A stretch of 64,000 nucleotides of DNA from NCBI GenBank assembly GCA_024638705.1, contig JAHEJV010000001.1, forward strand, positions 9 to 64,008, read 5' to 3'. The notes beneath the pieces are model-generated. The model was not told where the DNA came from, made no database searches, and saw only the letters and a list, made by a program, of their open reading frames with translations. Below, one piece after another: positions 45,345 through 54,878 of this stretch; positions within the stretch are counted from its first letter, which is position 1; each line of letters begins with the position of its first letter. Position numbers and translations under genes: made by a program. This stretch comes from Deltaproteobacteria bacterium (GTDB lineage Bacteria; Myxococcota_A; UBA9160; SMWR01).

Positions 45345-45674
45345 GTGAGACTGGCAATCGAAACGCAGCGCTGTGAGATCGACCCCTGGCTCGACGAGTA
45401 CGTCGGGACGACCGTCGCGTTCGCCACCTGGTGGGCCGACCGAAGCGTCGAGCGCGTCGACGTCCGGATCGAGCGATCGAGCGGAGCCGCCGGCGAGCCG
45501 TTCTTCCTGTGCAGACTTCGCGCGACCACGGCGGGTCTCGGCATCGTTTCGGCCGAGGCGGGAGCCCGCGATTGCTGCGAGGCGATCCAGGAGGCGGCCG
45601 ACCGGCTCGAGGTGGCCCTGTCCGGCGCGATGACCGTGTTGGTGGCGGCGGCGACGCGGCGCCTCGCCGCCTGA
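45345..45674 (+). CDS. Divergent HPF/RaiA-like (ribosome hibernation factor fold) protein
   Basis: GTG after GGGAGG. The pattern RLAIETQRCEIDPWLDEYV...VDVRIE...AIQEAADRLEVAL follows the HPF/YfiA layout, but weakly. Confidence 0.45.
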   Translation: MRLAIETQRCEIDPWLDEYVGTTVAFATWWADRSVERVDVRIERSSGAAGEPFFLCRLRATTAGLGIVSAEAGARDCCEAIQEAADRLEVALSGAMTVLVAAATRRLAA

Positions 45675-45689
45675 ACCGGACCACGCGCC

Positions 45690-46039
45690 TCACGAATCCC
45701 CGACCGGCGAGACGGAACCGTCGGGCTTCACCGCGACGATCGAGGTCTCGAGACGGTTGATGATCTCCTCGGCCTCTTCGCGGATCACGAACGCGGCGCC
45801 GCCACTCGGGAGTGTCGTCCCGATCACGACCAGATCCGCTCCCTGATTCGCCATCTCGACGGTCTCGAGGAAGGGCACGCCGTCGCGCACATGCACGCGC
45901 GCCGGGTCGATCGCGTCGCCGAAAGGATCGATCGCGCGATCGAGTCCTTCCTCGGCCCGGCATCTAGCTCTCTCGACGTAGTCGCGGAACGGGTCCTCGG
46001 CCGACCGTCCGAGAAAGCGAGCACGTTCTCGAACTTCAT
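45690..46039 (-). pseudogene. Universal stress protein-like gene, apparently frameshifted or degenerate
   Basis: ATG at 46039 after GGGAGG gives MKFENVLAFSDGR, a typical USP start, then runs into Arg/Ser-rich nonsense. A frame offset by one nucleotide is open from 46076 to 45690. That frame gives SAEDPFRDYVERA...DGVPFLETVEMANQGADLVVIGT...IVAVKP but has no start before GTG 45896. Confidence 0.45.
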
Positions 46040-46109
46040 TCGCAGTCCTCCCGAGGCCGAACCTACGGGGGACTGATCAATCCACAATCAGAAACTTCAC
46101 CCGGTTCCC

Positions 46110-46157
46110 ATCGTCTTTTTCGCTGGTTTGGAGCTCTCCCCGGAATCGTCTTTTTCG
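46110..46157. repeat. 13-bp perfect direct repeat (ATCGTCTTTTTCG x2) in the USP/sbtA divergent region
   Basis: Copies lie at 46110-46122 and 46145-46157. The second copy shares TTTTTCGAATC with the motif-A region (45284-45294). Confidence 0.85.
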
Positions 46158-46171
46158 AATCAATTTTCTTA

Positions 46172-46210
46172 ACTTTTCTACTTGTTGAATGAAAGGGACA
46201 ACCCTAAACC
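46172..46210 (+). promoter_or_regulatory. Copy D of the shared bipartite promoter-like motif (upstream of sbtA)
   Basis: ACTTTTCTACTTGTTG-N15-CCTAAACC. It sits 35 nt before GTG 46245, which is preceded by AGGAAG. Confidence 0.35.
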
Positions 46211-46244
46211 TCGCTCCGGGCTCGATCGACCTAGGAAGACGCAC

Positions 46245-47201
46245 GTGGAACTCATCCAGAGCAATGTCCTGACTCCGATGGTCCTGGCGTTCGCTCTCGG
46301 GGTCGTCGGCGCGCGGATCGGGAGCGACCTGAGGCTCCCCGACGCGATCTACTCGGGTCTCTCGATCTATCTGATCTTTGCGATCGGACTCAAGGGCGGA
46401 TCGGCGCTCTCCGAAGCCTCGCTGCTCGAGGTCTCGGGGCCGGCGCTCGTTGCCCTCGGGATCGGCGCCATGACGCCCGTCTGGTGCTTCGCGATCCTGC
46501 GCACGCTCGGCGGCTTCACCGTCGTGGACTCCGCCGCCGTCGCAGCGCACTACGGTTCGATCTCGATCGTGACGTTCATCGCGGGCGTCACCTACCTCGA
46601 CTCGCTGTCGGTTCCCTACGAAGGCTTCATGCCGGCGTTCGCCGCGCTCCTCGAGATTCCCGGCATCGTCGTCGCGCTGCTGCTGGCCCACCGCGCGAGT
46701 GATTCGGAGAGCGGCATGATGGAAGGTCTGCGCGAGACCCTCACCGGTCGCAGCGTCGTCCTGCTGGTCGGCGGTCTCGTCATCGGCATCCTGAGTGGAC
46801 CTCCCGGCCTCGCGAAGGTGGCGCCCTTCTTCGTCGAACCGTTCCAGGGAGCCCTGGCTCTCTTCATGCTCGAAATGGGACGCCTCGCCGCGAGTCGCCT
46901 GCAGGATCTGCGCAGCTCCGGCGCCTTCCTCCTGGCCTTCGCCATCGTCATTCCGATCCTCCAGGGTTTGCTGGGCGTCGTTGCCGGATCGTGGGCTGGG
47001 CTCTCGGAGGGCGGCGCCTTCGCGCTCGGACTCCTCGCAGCCAGCGGCTCGTACATCGCCGCTCCCGCGGCCGTCCGGCTCTCGCTGCCCGAAGCGAACC
47101 CCAGCCTCTATCTCACGCCGGTCCTCGCCATCACCTTCCCATTCAACCTGACGGTGGGGATCCCGCTCTTCCACACGTTCGCCCGATGGTGGCAGGGATG
47201 A
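46245..47201 (+). CDS. sbtA: Sodium-dependent bicarbonate transporter family permease (SbtA-like, DUF897)
   Basis: About 10 TM helices. Motifs seen: ELIQSNVLTPMVLAFALG, LSIYLIFAIGLKGG, AAHYGSISIVTF and ASGSYIAAPAA. Preferred start is GTG 46245; the longest ORF starts at TTG 46182. Confidence 0.82.
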   Translation: MELIQSNVLTPMVLAFALGVVGARIGSDLRLPDAIYSGLSIYLIFAIGLKGGSALSEASLLEVSGPALVALGIGAMTPVWCFAILRTLGGFTVVDSAAVAAHYGSISIVTFIAGVTYLDSLSVPYEGFMPAFAALLEIPGIVVALLLAHRASDSESGMMEGLRETLTGRSVVLLVGGLVIGILSGPPGLAKVAPFFVEPFQGALALFMLEMGRLAASRLQDLRSSGAFLLAFAIVIPILQGLLGVVAGSWAGLSEGGAFALGLLAASGSYIAAPAAVRLSLPEANPSLYLTPVLAITFPFNLTVGIPLFHTFARWWQG

Positions 47202-47211
47202 GGGAGCTCCG

Positions 47212-47514
47212 ATGAAGATGACGCGTGTCAAGCTCGTGACGATCGTCGCCGAGTCCGTTCTCGAGGCGCGATTGATCCGGGAGATCAAGGAACTCGGCGC
47301 CCGCGGCTTCACCCGGAGTGAAGTGCGCGGCGAGGGATCGCGTGGACGCCGCGTCAGCGACGTCGAAGGCGCGAACGTCCGGCTCGAATGTCTCGTTTCG
47401 GACGAGACGGCCGAGCGGATCACGAGCGCACTCGCGGATCACTACTTCGAGAACTACGCGGTCGTCGCTTTCGTAGAAGACGTCTCCGTCGTCCGCGGAG
47501 AGAAGTACGTCTGA
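47212..47514 (+). CDS. sbtB: PII-like signalling protein (SbtB-like)
   Basis: 100 aa, starting after GAGGGAG. Has a beta-alpha-beta PII-like pattern ([29 protein letters not shown]...) with a T-loop-like GEGSRGRR. Sits immediately after the sbtA-like gene. Confidence 0.75.
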   Translation: MKMTRVKLVTIVAESVLEARLIREIKELGARGFTRSEVRGEGSRGRRVSDVEGANVRLECLVSDETAERITSALADHYFENYAVVAFVEDVSVVRGEKYV

Positions 47515-47517
47515 TCG

Positions 47518-49830
47518 ATGGAATGGATCGTCCCCATCGTGTTGGCGACGGCGCTCGCCGCGCCCGGCTTGTCGGTGCGCCTTCGAGAGCGCGCGGGCTT
47601 CGTGCTCGCACTCGTGCCGACAGGTGTGGCGCTTCACGCGCTCTTCGCGCAGAGCGCGATCGCGCGGGGGGAGTACGCGACGACGCGTCTCGCGTGGGTG
47701 CCCAGCCTCGGCATCGAGTGGGCCTTCCGGGTCGATGGGTTGTCGAACCTCTTCGTCCTGTTGATCGCGGGCATCGGCGCGTTGATCGTCCTCTACGCGA
47801 GCGCCTATCTGCGCGGGCATCCGAGGATCGGGCGCTTCTACGCGTTCCTCTTCCTCTTCATGGCGGCGATGCTCGGCATCGCGACCTCGGACGATCTGAT
47901 CCTGCTCTTCGTCTTCTGGGAGCTGACGACGGTCTCGTCCTTCCTGCTGATCGGATTCCAGCAGGAGAAGGAGGCCGCCCGCAACGCGGCGCGTCGATCG
48001 CTGCTGGTGACCGCGTCCGGGGGGCTCGCGCTCCTCGCGGGATTCATCCTGTTGGCCGCCGCGGCGGGGACGACGTCGATCTCGGCGCTGGCGCAACAGG
48101 GAGAGGCGCTCCGCGGCCACGCGCACTACCCCTGGATCGTCGGCCTCGTGCTCGCGGGAGCCTTCACGAAATCGGCCCAGGTGCCCTTCCATTTCTGGCT
48201 CCCGGACGCCATGCAGGCGCCCACTCCCGTGAGTGCCTACCTGCACTCGTCGACGATGGTGAAAGCAGGCGTCTTCCTCCTGGCGCGGCTCTCCCCGTCC
48301 CTCGGCGGAACCGACTTCTGGCTCGTCGCGTTGGGAGGCTTCGGCGCGGTCACGATGATGCTCGGCGCCGTCCTCGCGCTCGGTCAGGACGACCTCAAGC
48401 GCCTGCTCGCCTACTCGACGATCAGCGTGCTGGGCCTGCTCACGATGCTGCTCGGATTGGGGACCCCCATCGCGGCGCGCGCTTTCGCCGTCACGCTCTT
48501 CGCGCACGCGCTCTACAAGGGAACGCTCTTCCTCGTGGCCGGCAACGTCGACCATGCGACGGGAACGCGTTCGCTGCGCGAACTGCGCGGGCTGCGCGGC
48601 GCGATGCCCTGGACCGCCGGCGCCGCGCTGGTGGCGGGCATCTCGATGGCGGGAGCGCCGCCGCTCTTCGGGTTCCTCGCGAAGGAGACCGCCTACGAAG
48701 CCGCACTCGAGGCGCCGCGCTGGGCCGCGTTCTTCGGACCGGCCACGGTGCTGACGGGCGTCTGTCTCGTCTTCGCCGCCCTTCGCGTGGGCTGGTCGGC
48801 GTTCGCCGGTTCGCCCGGCGAGCCCGCTCGCGCCGCGCACGACCCGGAGCCCGCGATGCGTTTCGGGCCCTCCGTTCTCGCGACGATCGGTCTGCTCGGC
48901 GGAATGCTGGTCGGCGGGGCGGAGCGTTGGCTCATCGCGCCCGCCGCCACGGCGATCCTCCAGGAGCAGGCCCCCACCGGGCTCGCGCTCTGGCACGGCT
49001 TCACGCCGATCCTCGCATTGAGTGTTCTCACCCTCGTGCTGGGCTTCGGCGTGTATCGCGCCCGCTCGCTCGTGCTCGAAACCGCTTCTTCCGCGGGCGC
49101 GCTCGCGCTCCCCGGAGCGGGTCGCGTCTGGGACGCCGCGTGGGACGGCCTCCTCCGCGCGGGCGCGTGGCAGTCGCGGATGCTCCAGAATGGTTCGCTG
49201 CGCCGCTACCTCGCCGTCACCCTCTCGGCGGGCTTTGCCGCCGTGCTATGGGGGCTCCTCGATGCGGGCCCCATGCCGTCGGCGCCCTTCGGCCCTCCCG
49301 TGTCGAGCATCGGGATCGCCTCGGGTCTCCTGATCCTGGGCGGCGCGGTGCTCCTGCTCGTCGCATCGACGCCACTCGTGGCCGTCGCGGCGCTCGGGTC
49401 CGTCGGGTTGGGCGTCGCCCTCCTCTTTCTCGTCTACAGCGCGCCCGACCTCGCACTCACCCAGCTCGTGATCGAGGTGCTGACGGTCGTGCTCTTCGTG
49501 TTCATCCTGCGTCGCCTACCGCGATCGCAGTCGTTCCGCAGCTCGGGCCACACACCCGGCGCCATCGCACTCGCGGCGATCGCGGGCACGACCATGGCCG
49601 CGCTCACCTGGCTCGCGTTCGAAGTGCAGCTCGCGGAGCCGATCTCGGTCTACTTCGACGAACAGAGCGTCCCGATGGCGCAAGGCCGGAACGTGGTGAA
49701 CGTGATCCTCGTCGACTTCCGCGCACTCGACACGCTCGGCGAGATCACCGTGCTGGCCGTCGCCGCACTCGGCGTCCTGGCGCTGCTCGCGAGGAGACGA
49801 CTCGCTCCGGGCGCGGGAGCAGAGACATGA
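47518..49830 (+). CDS. mrpA: Mrp/Mnh-type cation:proton antiporter subunit A (NuoL-like, with C-terminal MrpB-like extension)
   Basis: 770 aa. Motifs seen: [49 protein letters not shown]. The ATG lies 3 nt after the sbtB stop. Confidence 0.93.
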   Translation: MEWIVPIVLATALAAPGLSVRLRERAGFVLALVPTGVALHALFAQSAIARGEYATTRLAWVPSLGIEWAFRVDGLSNLFVLLIAGIGALIVLYASAYLRGHPRIGRFYAFLFLFMAAMLGIATSDDLILLFVFWELTTVSSFLLIGFQQEKEAARNAARRSLLVTASGGLALLAGFILLAAAAGTTSISALAQQGEALRGHAHYPWIVGLVLAGAFTKSAQVPFHFWLPDAMQAPTPVSAYLHSSTMVKAGVFLLARLSPSLGGTDFWLVALGGFGAVTMMLGAVLALGQDDLKRLLAYSTISVLGLLTMLLGLGTPIAARAFAVTLFAHALYKGTLFLVAGNVDHATGTRSLRELRGLRGAMPWTAGAALVAGISMAGAPPLFGFLAKETAYEAALEAPRWAAFFGPATVLTGVCLVFAALRVGWSAFAGSPGEPARAAHDPEPAMRFGPSVLATIGLLGGMLVGGAERWLIAPAATAILQEQAPTGLALWHGFTPILALSVLTLVLGFGVYRARSLVLETASSAGALALPGAGRVWDAAWDGLLRAGAWQSRMLQNGSLRRYLAVTLSAGFAAVLWGLLDAGPMPSAPFGPPVSSIGIASGLLILGGAVLLLVASTPLVAVAALGSVGLGVALLFLVYSAPDLALTQLVIEVLTVVLFVFILRRLPRSQSFRSSGHTPGAIALAAIAGTTMAALTWLAFEVQLAEPISVYFDEQSVPMAQGRNVVNVILVDFRALDTLGEITVLAVAALGVLALLARRRLAPGAGAET

Positions 49831-50240
49831 GCACCCTCATCCTGCGCACCGCGACGCGCTACCTGGTTCCCGTGTTGTTGCTCTTCTCCGTCTTCCTGCT
49901 CTGGCGAGGACACCACGAACCGGGCGGTGGCTTCGTCGGAGGGTTGGTCGCCGCCGCGGCGCTGGTGTTGATTGCGCTGGCCGAGGGGTCGGAGACCGCG
50001 CGGCGCGTGCTGCGCGTGCAACCGACGACGCTGGTGCCGATCGGCCTCGCCACGAGCGCCGGCGCCGGGAGTCTCGCCTTCCTCGAAGGTCGGCCGTTCC
50101 TGACGGGTCTCTGGTCGAAGTCGGAGGAGGCGGGCGCACTCGCGATCGGATCGCCCCTGCTCTTCGACGTCGGCGTCTTCCTCACCGTCGTCGGCGTCGT
50201 GCTGACGATCCTGCTGGCGCTGATCGAGGAGACGTCATGA
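49827..50240 (+). CDS. mrpB: Mrp antiporter subunit B
   Basis: ATGA overlap with mrpA. Contains [17 protein letters not shown], the typical MnhB signature. Confidence 0.85.
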   Translation: MSTLILRTATRYLVPVLLLFSVFLLWRGHHEPGGGFVGGLVAAAALVLIALAEGSETARRVLRVQPTTLVPIGLATSAGAGSLAFLEGRPFLTGLWSKSEEAGALAIGSPLLFDVGVFLTVVGVVLTILLALIEETS

Positions 50241-50584
50241 CGCTGCTCGTCGCAATCGCCGTCGGCGGCATCTACGCGGTGTCGGTGCTGCTGCTCCTGC
50301 GCCGCAGCCTCGTTCAGCTCCTGCTCGGGCTGGCGCTGCTCAGCCACGGCGCGCATCTGTTGATCTTCGCAGGCGGGGGCATGGTGCTGGGCAGCCCCCC
50401 GCTGGTTTCCGAGGGAAGTCTCGCGCCGCTCGCGGGCAGCGCGGATCCCCTTCCGCAGGCGCTCGTCCTGACGGCGATCGTCATCGCGTTCGCGGTGCTC
50501 GCGTTCGCGCTGGTGCTCGGGTTGTGCGCCGGTGAAGCCGCCGGCACCGACGAGATCGACGCCTACGGGGGCGATTCCGGATGA
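50237..50584 (+). CDS. mrpC: Mrp antiporter subunit C (NuoK-like)
   Basis: ATGA overlap. 115 aa, 3 TM. Contains [17 protein letters not shown]. Confidence 0.88.
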   Translation: MTLLVAIAVGGIYAVSVLLLLRRSLVQLLLGLALLSHGAHLLIFAGGGMVLGSPPLVSEGSLAPLAGSADPLPQALVLTAIVIAFAVLAFALVLGLCAGEAAGTDEIDAYGGDSG

Positions 50585-52074
50585 CCGACGCACTCCTCGT
50601 TGCTCCCATCCTGATTCCGCTCCTCACGGCGATCGCCGGTGCGTTCGGCTGGGGAAACGCTCGCTTCCAGCGTTCCATCGGCGTGTTCGGAACGGGCGCG
50701 TTGCTCGTCGCGGTCGTCGCCCTGTTCGTCGAAGTGAATCGCGCGGGCGTGGTCGCCATCCAGCTGGGAAGCTGGCCGGCCCCCTACGGCATCACCCTGG
50801 TGGCCGATCTCCTGGCGGCGCTGATGGTGCTCGTCACGGCGGTCGTCGCATTCGCAGTCGCGATCTACGCCACGACCGACGTGGACGACGCCGCGCTCGA
50901 GATCGGCTTCTTCCCGTTCTTCCACGTGTTGCTGATGGGCGTCTGCGGCGCCTTTCTCACGGGCGACCTCTTCAATCTCTACGTGTGGTTCGAGGTGATG
51001 CTGCTCGCCTCGTTCGTCCTCCTCGTCTCGGGCCCCGGCCGGCTCGCGCTGCGCAGCGGCGTCGCCTACGTCACGCTGAACCTGCTCGCCTCCGCCTTCT
51101 TCCTCGTGGCGGTCGGCATCCTCTACGGAAAGGCGGGTTCGCTGAACCTCGCGGATCTCGCGATCAAGTTGAGCGCATCCGACGGGCCGGAGGCCGCTCG
51201 ACCGGTCGCGTTGCTGCTCCTCGTGGCGTTCGGCATCAAGGCGGGCCTCTTCCCGGTCTTCTTCTGGCTCCCTGCCGCCTACCCCCGCGCGGGCTTCGCG
51301 GTGTCCGCGCTCTTCGCGGGCCTGCTCACCAAGGTCGGCGTGTATGCCCTGATCCGCGTCTTCACCCTGCTCTTCCCGGTCGCCGAACACGGCATCGCAG
51401 ACCTGTTGCTCGCGTTGTCCGCAGCGACGATGGCGAGCGGCGTGCTCGCGGCGGCGTCGCAGTCGCATGTCCGCCGCATCCTGTCGTTCCATATCATCAG
51501 CCAGATCGGATACATGGTGCTCGGCCTCGCTTTGCTGACGCCGCTCGCCCTGGCCGCGGCGATCTTCTACGTCGTCCACCACATCGTGACCAAGACCAAT
51601 CTCTTCCTCGTGGGAGGTCTGATCGCGCGCGCCGGCGGAAGCGAGGAGCTCGGCCGCCTCGGCGGCCTCAGCGTGCGTCGCGTCGGTCTCTCCGTGTTGT
51701 TCGCCGTGCCCGCGCTGTCGCTCGCAGGCGTGCCGCCCCTGTCGGGGTTCTTCGCGAAGCTTCTCCTGCTCCGAGCGGCGCTGGATGCCGAGGCGTTCGT
51801 GGCCGCCGCGATCGCAACGGCGGTCGGTCTGCTCACCCTGTACTCGATGACGAAGATCTGGAACGAGGCGTTCTGGAAACCGGCTCGGGAGGACGAGCGC
51901 CCCGGCGACGGCACCTTGCCGTGGTCCGCGCTCGTCGCCAGCGGAGCGCTCGCGACGGTGACCATCGCGCTCGGGCTCGGGGCCGAGGCCCTCTGGTCGA
52001 TCGCCGTCGATGCGGCGGATCAGCTGTCCGGACACGACGACTATCTCCGCGTCGTGCTGGGGTCGCGGACGTGA
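50581..52074 (+). CDS. mrpD: Mrp antiporter subunit D (NuoM/N-like)
   Basis: ATGA overlap. 497 aa. Motifs seen: [31 protein letters not shown] and [11 protein letters not shown]. Confidence 0.93.
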   Translation: MTDALLVAPILIPLLTAIAGAFGWGNARFQRSIGVFGTGALLVAVVALFVEVNRAGVVAIQLGSWPAPYGITLVADLLAALMVLVTAVVAFAVAIYATTDVDDAALEIGFFPFFHVLLMGVCGAFLTGDLFNLYVWFEVMLLASFVLLVSGPGRLALRSGVAYVTLNLLASAFFLVAVGILYGKAGSLNLADLAIKLSASDGPEAARPVALLLLVAFGIKAGLFPVFFWLPAAYPRAGFAVSALFAGLLTKVGVYALIRVFTLLFPVAEHGIADLLLALSAATMASGVLAAASQSHVRRILSFHIISQIGYMVLGLALLTPLALAAAIFYVVHHIVTKTNLFLVGGLIARAGGSEELGRLGGLSVRRVGLSVLFAVPALSLAGVPPLSGFFAKLLLLRAALDAEAFVAAAIATAVGLLTLYSMTKIWNEAFWKPAREDERPGDGTLPWSALVASGALATVTIALGLGAEALWSIAVDAADQLSGHDDYLRVVLGSRT

Positions 52075-52544
52075 AGCTTTTCGCCTGGAACGTCGGTCTC
52101 GCCCTGCTCTGGGCCGCCGTGCTCGGCGCCTTCTCCCTCGCCAACCTGGCGGCGGGATTCGTGCTGGGCTTCGCGATTCTCGCGCTGGTCGGCGGCTGGA
52201 TCGGATCGACACGCTATTTCGCGAAGGCCGTCCGCTTCGTCGAGTTCGTCGGCTTCTTCCTCGCTCAGCTCGTGCTCTCGAGCGTTCGCGTCGCGACCGA
52301 CGTCCTGACGCCGCGTCTGCGAGCAGAGCCCGCGATCGTGTCGATCCCCCTCGATGCGCGAACCGACGGCGAGATCACGCTCCTCGCAAACCTCATCAGC
52401 CTGACTCCGGGAAGCCTGAGCCTCGACGTCTCCGAGGATCGCCGCACCCTCTTCGTGCACGTGATGTTCCTCGAGGACGCCGAGACGTGTCGACGCGAGA
52501 TCAAGGACGGCTTCGAGCGCCGCGTCCTGGAGCTGCTCCGATGA
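52071..52544 (+). CDS. mrpE: Mrp antiporter subunit E
   Basis: GTGA overlap with mrpD. The pattern LLANLISLTPGSLSLDVSEDRRTLFVHVM is typical of MnhE. Confidence 0.8.
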   Translation: MKLFAWNVGLALLWAAVLGAFSLANLAAGFVLGFAILALVGGWIGSTRYFAKAVRFVEFVGFFLAQLVLSSVRVATDVLTPRLRAEPAIVSIPLDARTDGEITLLANLISLTPGSLSLDVSEDRRTLFVHVMFLEDAETCRREIKDGFERRVLELLR

Positions 52545-52822
52545 CGTCCGAGCTGGTCACCGGCGCGGTCGACGTCGCGCTCGTCCTGCTGGCGATCGCG
52601 ATCGCGATCGCATTCGCGCGCCTGGCACGGGGTCCGAGTCTCGCCGATCGGGTCGTCGCGCTCGATGTGATCGCCGCGACGATCGTGGCCGCGGCCGTGT
52701 TGTTCGCGATCCGGACCGGTCTCGCGGTCTTCGTGGACGTCGCACTGGCGATCGCACTCGTCATGTTCCTCGGCACCGTCGCACTGGCCCATGCCATCGA
52801 ATCCGGAGGAGGAAAGGAATGA
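52541..52822 (+). CDS. mrpF: Mrp antiporter subunit F
   Basis: ATGA overlap. 93 aa, 3 TM. Contains RLARGPSLADRVVALDV, an MnhF signature. Confidence 0.8.
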   Translation: MTSELVTGAVDVALVLLAIAIAIAFARLARGPSLADRVVALDVIAATIVAAAVLFAIRTGLAVFVDVALAIALVMFLGTVALAHAIESGGGKE

Positions 52823-53157
52823 GCGACCTCCTCGTCGCCGCGCTCGTGCTCCTCGGCTCCCTGCTCGTCGTGGTCGCCTGCATCGGGCTGCTGCGACTTC
52901 CCGATCTCTACACGCGCATGCATGCGAGCACCAAGCCAGCCACGTTGGGCGTGAGCCTGATCGTCGGAGCGCTCGGCCTTCACGCGGGCGACCTCGGGAT
53001 CGCGGTGCGCGCGCTCCTGATCGTTCTCTTCTTCCTCGCGACGGCGCCGGTCGCGGCGCACCGGCTGGGACACGCGGCCTATTGGGCCGGTGTACCGCGC
53101 TGGTCGGGAACGGTCCGCGACGACCTCGCGAAGCACCGCTCGGAAGCGTCTCGGTAG
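52819..53157 (+). CDS. mrpG: Mrp antiporter subunit G
   Basis: ATGA overlap. Contains GLLRLPDLYTRMHASTKPATLG, an MnhG signature. Confidence 0.87.
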   Translation: MSDLLVAALVLLGSLLVVVACIGLLRLPDLYTRMHASTKPATLGVSLIVGALGLHAGDLGIAVRALLIVLFFLATAPVAAHRLGHAAYWAGVPRWSGTVRDDLAKHRSEASR

Positions 53158-53207
53158 CGCTTGCCGCTTCTGCCTCGAGGATTGGTTTTCTCGATGGATC
53201 ATCCACA

Positions 53208-53247
53208 GATTTTCTATTTTTCAACATCGCCGACGCTTCCTAGCCTT
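53208..53247 (+). promoter_or_regulatory. Copy C of the shared bipartite promoter-like motif (upstream of the TerB-like gene)
   Basis: GATTTTCTATTTTTCA-N15-CCTAGCCT. It sits 23 nt before ATG 53269, which is preceded by AAGGAGG. Confidence 0.35.
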
Positions 53248-53268
53248 CCATTCAGCAAGGAGGCCGCG

Positions 53269-53835
53269 ATGGATGCGAACCCGTTCCACAACGACGAGAT
53301 CGCGTCCGAGTGCGCCTACCGCCGCCAGGTCGAGGCCGAGCAGGAGCGGCTCGAACGATCGGAGGTCGGAATGGATCGATTGCGCGCCGACCTCGCAGCC
53401 GAGCTCGGCATCGAAGCGGGCCCCCTCGTCGACGACCTGCTCGATCTGGGGGTCAGCCCCAACACGGCGTCGGCCTTCGAATCCCTTCCCCTCGTCGAGG
53501 TGGCGTGGGCCGACGGCAGCGTCGATCCCGAGGAGCGCTGGCGCGTCCTGCGCGAGGCGACGGCGTTCGGGCTCGAGCTGGGCCGCAGCGCGCACGCCCT
53601 GCTCGAGCTCTGGCTGACCCAGCCGCCGGAGCCGGAGATCTTCGACGCCTGGTGCCGCTTCGCCTCGCTGCCGGAGTCCTCGTCTCGCGCCCCGCGCGTT
53701 CTCGCGGGATGTGAAGCGGTCGCGTTCGCGGCGGGCGGGGTGCTCGGTTTCGGCGCCGCTTCCGCGAGCGAACGTGAAGTGATCGGGAGGATCCGACGGG
53801 TCTTCGCCAGCGCCCTCGCGACGGAGGCGGCCTAG
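53269..53835 (+). CDS. TerB-like (tellurite-resistance / DjlA N-domain fold) protein
   Basis: LPLVEVAWADGSVDPEERWRVLREA is typical of TerB-type helical bundles. 188 aa. Confidence 0.55.
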   Translation: MDANPFHNDEIASECAYRRQVEAEQERLERSEVGMDRLRADLAAELGIEAGPLVDDLLDLGVSPNTASAFESLPLVEVAWADGSVDPEERWRVLREATAFGLELGRSAHALLELWLTQPPEPEIFDAWCRFASLPESSSRAPRVLAGCEAVAFAAGGVLGFGAASASEREVIGRIRRVFASALATEAA

Positions 53836-53877
53836 ATTCGACCGGTCGCGGCAGAAGTCGGTAGCGATCGATCAGCG

Positions 53878-54777
53878 CTAGTCCAGAAACCCATCGCGTG
53901 CGGCATCGGCGATCGCGGCCACTGCCGGATGCGTGATCCGCCTCTCGACGGTGATGGCGAAGAACTCCTCTCGCACCTCTTCGGTGCTCCCGACCAGATG
54001 GACGCCATGGCTCTTGCGGATCTCGTCGGCCACGACGATCGGCGCCGCGAAGATGCCCGTGCCGTGTTGGCCGAACACCTTCATCAACGCGGTGTCCTCG
54101 ATCTCGGCGACCGGATTCGGCCGCACTCCGACCGATTCGAACCAGCGATCGAGCGAATGGCGCAGGGTCGTATTGGACGTGGGAAGGAGCATCGGCGCGT
54201 CGTCGAGACCCTCGGGAAAACTCCGACGGTGACGCTTGGCGAGGGCGGGCTCCCCGAAGAAGCCGATCCCGCATCCTCCCAGCGAGTGATTGAACGCCTT
54301 GACCCGCAACGGCGGACCGAGCGGCGCATCCGTGAGCACCATGTCGTACTCCTGGACGGCGAGCGCCGCGAGCAGGCCGTTGGTCTTGCCCTCGTGGAGG
54401 ACCAGCTCCACCGGGTCTTCCAGATCGAGAGCCGTCTTCAACAGGCGGTGGCAGACGATCTTCGGGACGGCATCGGAGATCCCGACGAGCAGCTTCGCCG
54501 GGCGATTCGTCGGGCGACCGCGCAAGGCGTCCTGCATCTCGCGGCCGAGCGTGAAGATCTCCTCGGCGTAGCGGTACACCATCCGCCCCACCTCGGTGAG
54601 CGCGAGATTGCGCCCCTCCCGGACGAACAGCTTCTCCGCGAGGGAGTCCTCGAGCTTGCGGATCTGGCCCGAGAGCGTCGGTTGCGCCAGGCGCAACACC
54701 TCGGACGCCTTGGTCACGCTGCCCTCGCGCGCCACCGTGTAGAAGTAGAGGAGATGGTGGTAGTTGAGCCATTCCAC
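53878..54777 (-). CDS. nhaR: LysR-family transcriptional activator, NhaR-like
   Basis: N-terminus (V)EWLNYHHLLYFYTVAREGSVTKASEVLRLAQPTLSGQIRKLE closely follows the NhaR-type HTH. Preferred start is GTG 54777 (299 aa); the longest ORF starts at ATG 54819. Confidence 0.85.
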   Translation of the reverse strand: MEWLNYHHLLYFYTVAREGSVTKASEVLRLAQPTLSGQIRKLEDSLAEKLFVREGRNLALTEVGRMVYRYAEEIFTLGREMQDALRGRPTNRPAKLLVGISDAVPKIVCHRLLKTALDLEDPVELVLHEGKTNGLLAALAVQEYDMVLTDAPLGPPLRVKAFNHSLGGCGIGFFGEPALAKRHRRSFPEGLDDAPMLLPTSNTTLRHSLDRWFESVGVRPNPVAEIEDTALMKVFGQHGTGIFAAPIVVADEIRKSHGVHLVGSTEEVREEFFAITVERRITHPAVAAIADAARDGFLD

Positions 54778-54816
54778 GGGATTCGTCCTTTCGGTTTTTC
54801 CGAAGAGTATCGAAAA

Positions 54817-54855
54817 CATTTCCTATTTGTAGATAGGTCGACGGCTCCCTAGCTT
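54817..54855 (+). promoter_or_regulatory. Copy B of the shared bipartite promoter-like motif (nhaR-like / HPF-like divergent region)
   Basis: CATTTCCTATTTGTAG-N15-CCTAGCTT. It contains the palindrome CCTAT-ttgtag-ATAGG and sits 24 nt before ATG 54879, which is preceded by AGGAG. Confidence 0.35.
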
Positions 54856-54878
54856 CGTTCTCGAACACAGGAGTGACG

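Noticed and set aside
47518-53157. The NuoL/M/N/K-like genes as part of respiratory complex I or a membrane-bound hydrogenase.
   Set aside because: No NuoB/C/D/H/I or hydrogenase subunits are present. The seven genes follow the canonical mrpA-G order, with the MnhB/E/F/G signatures.
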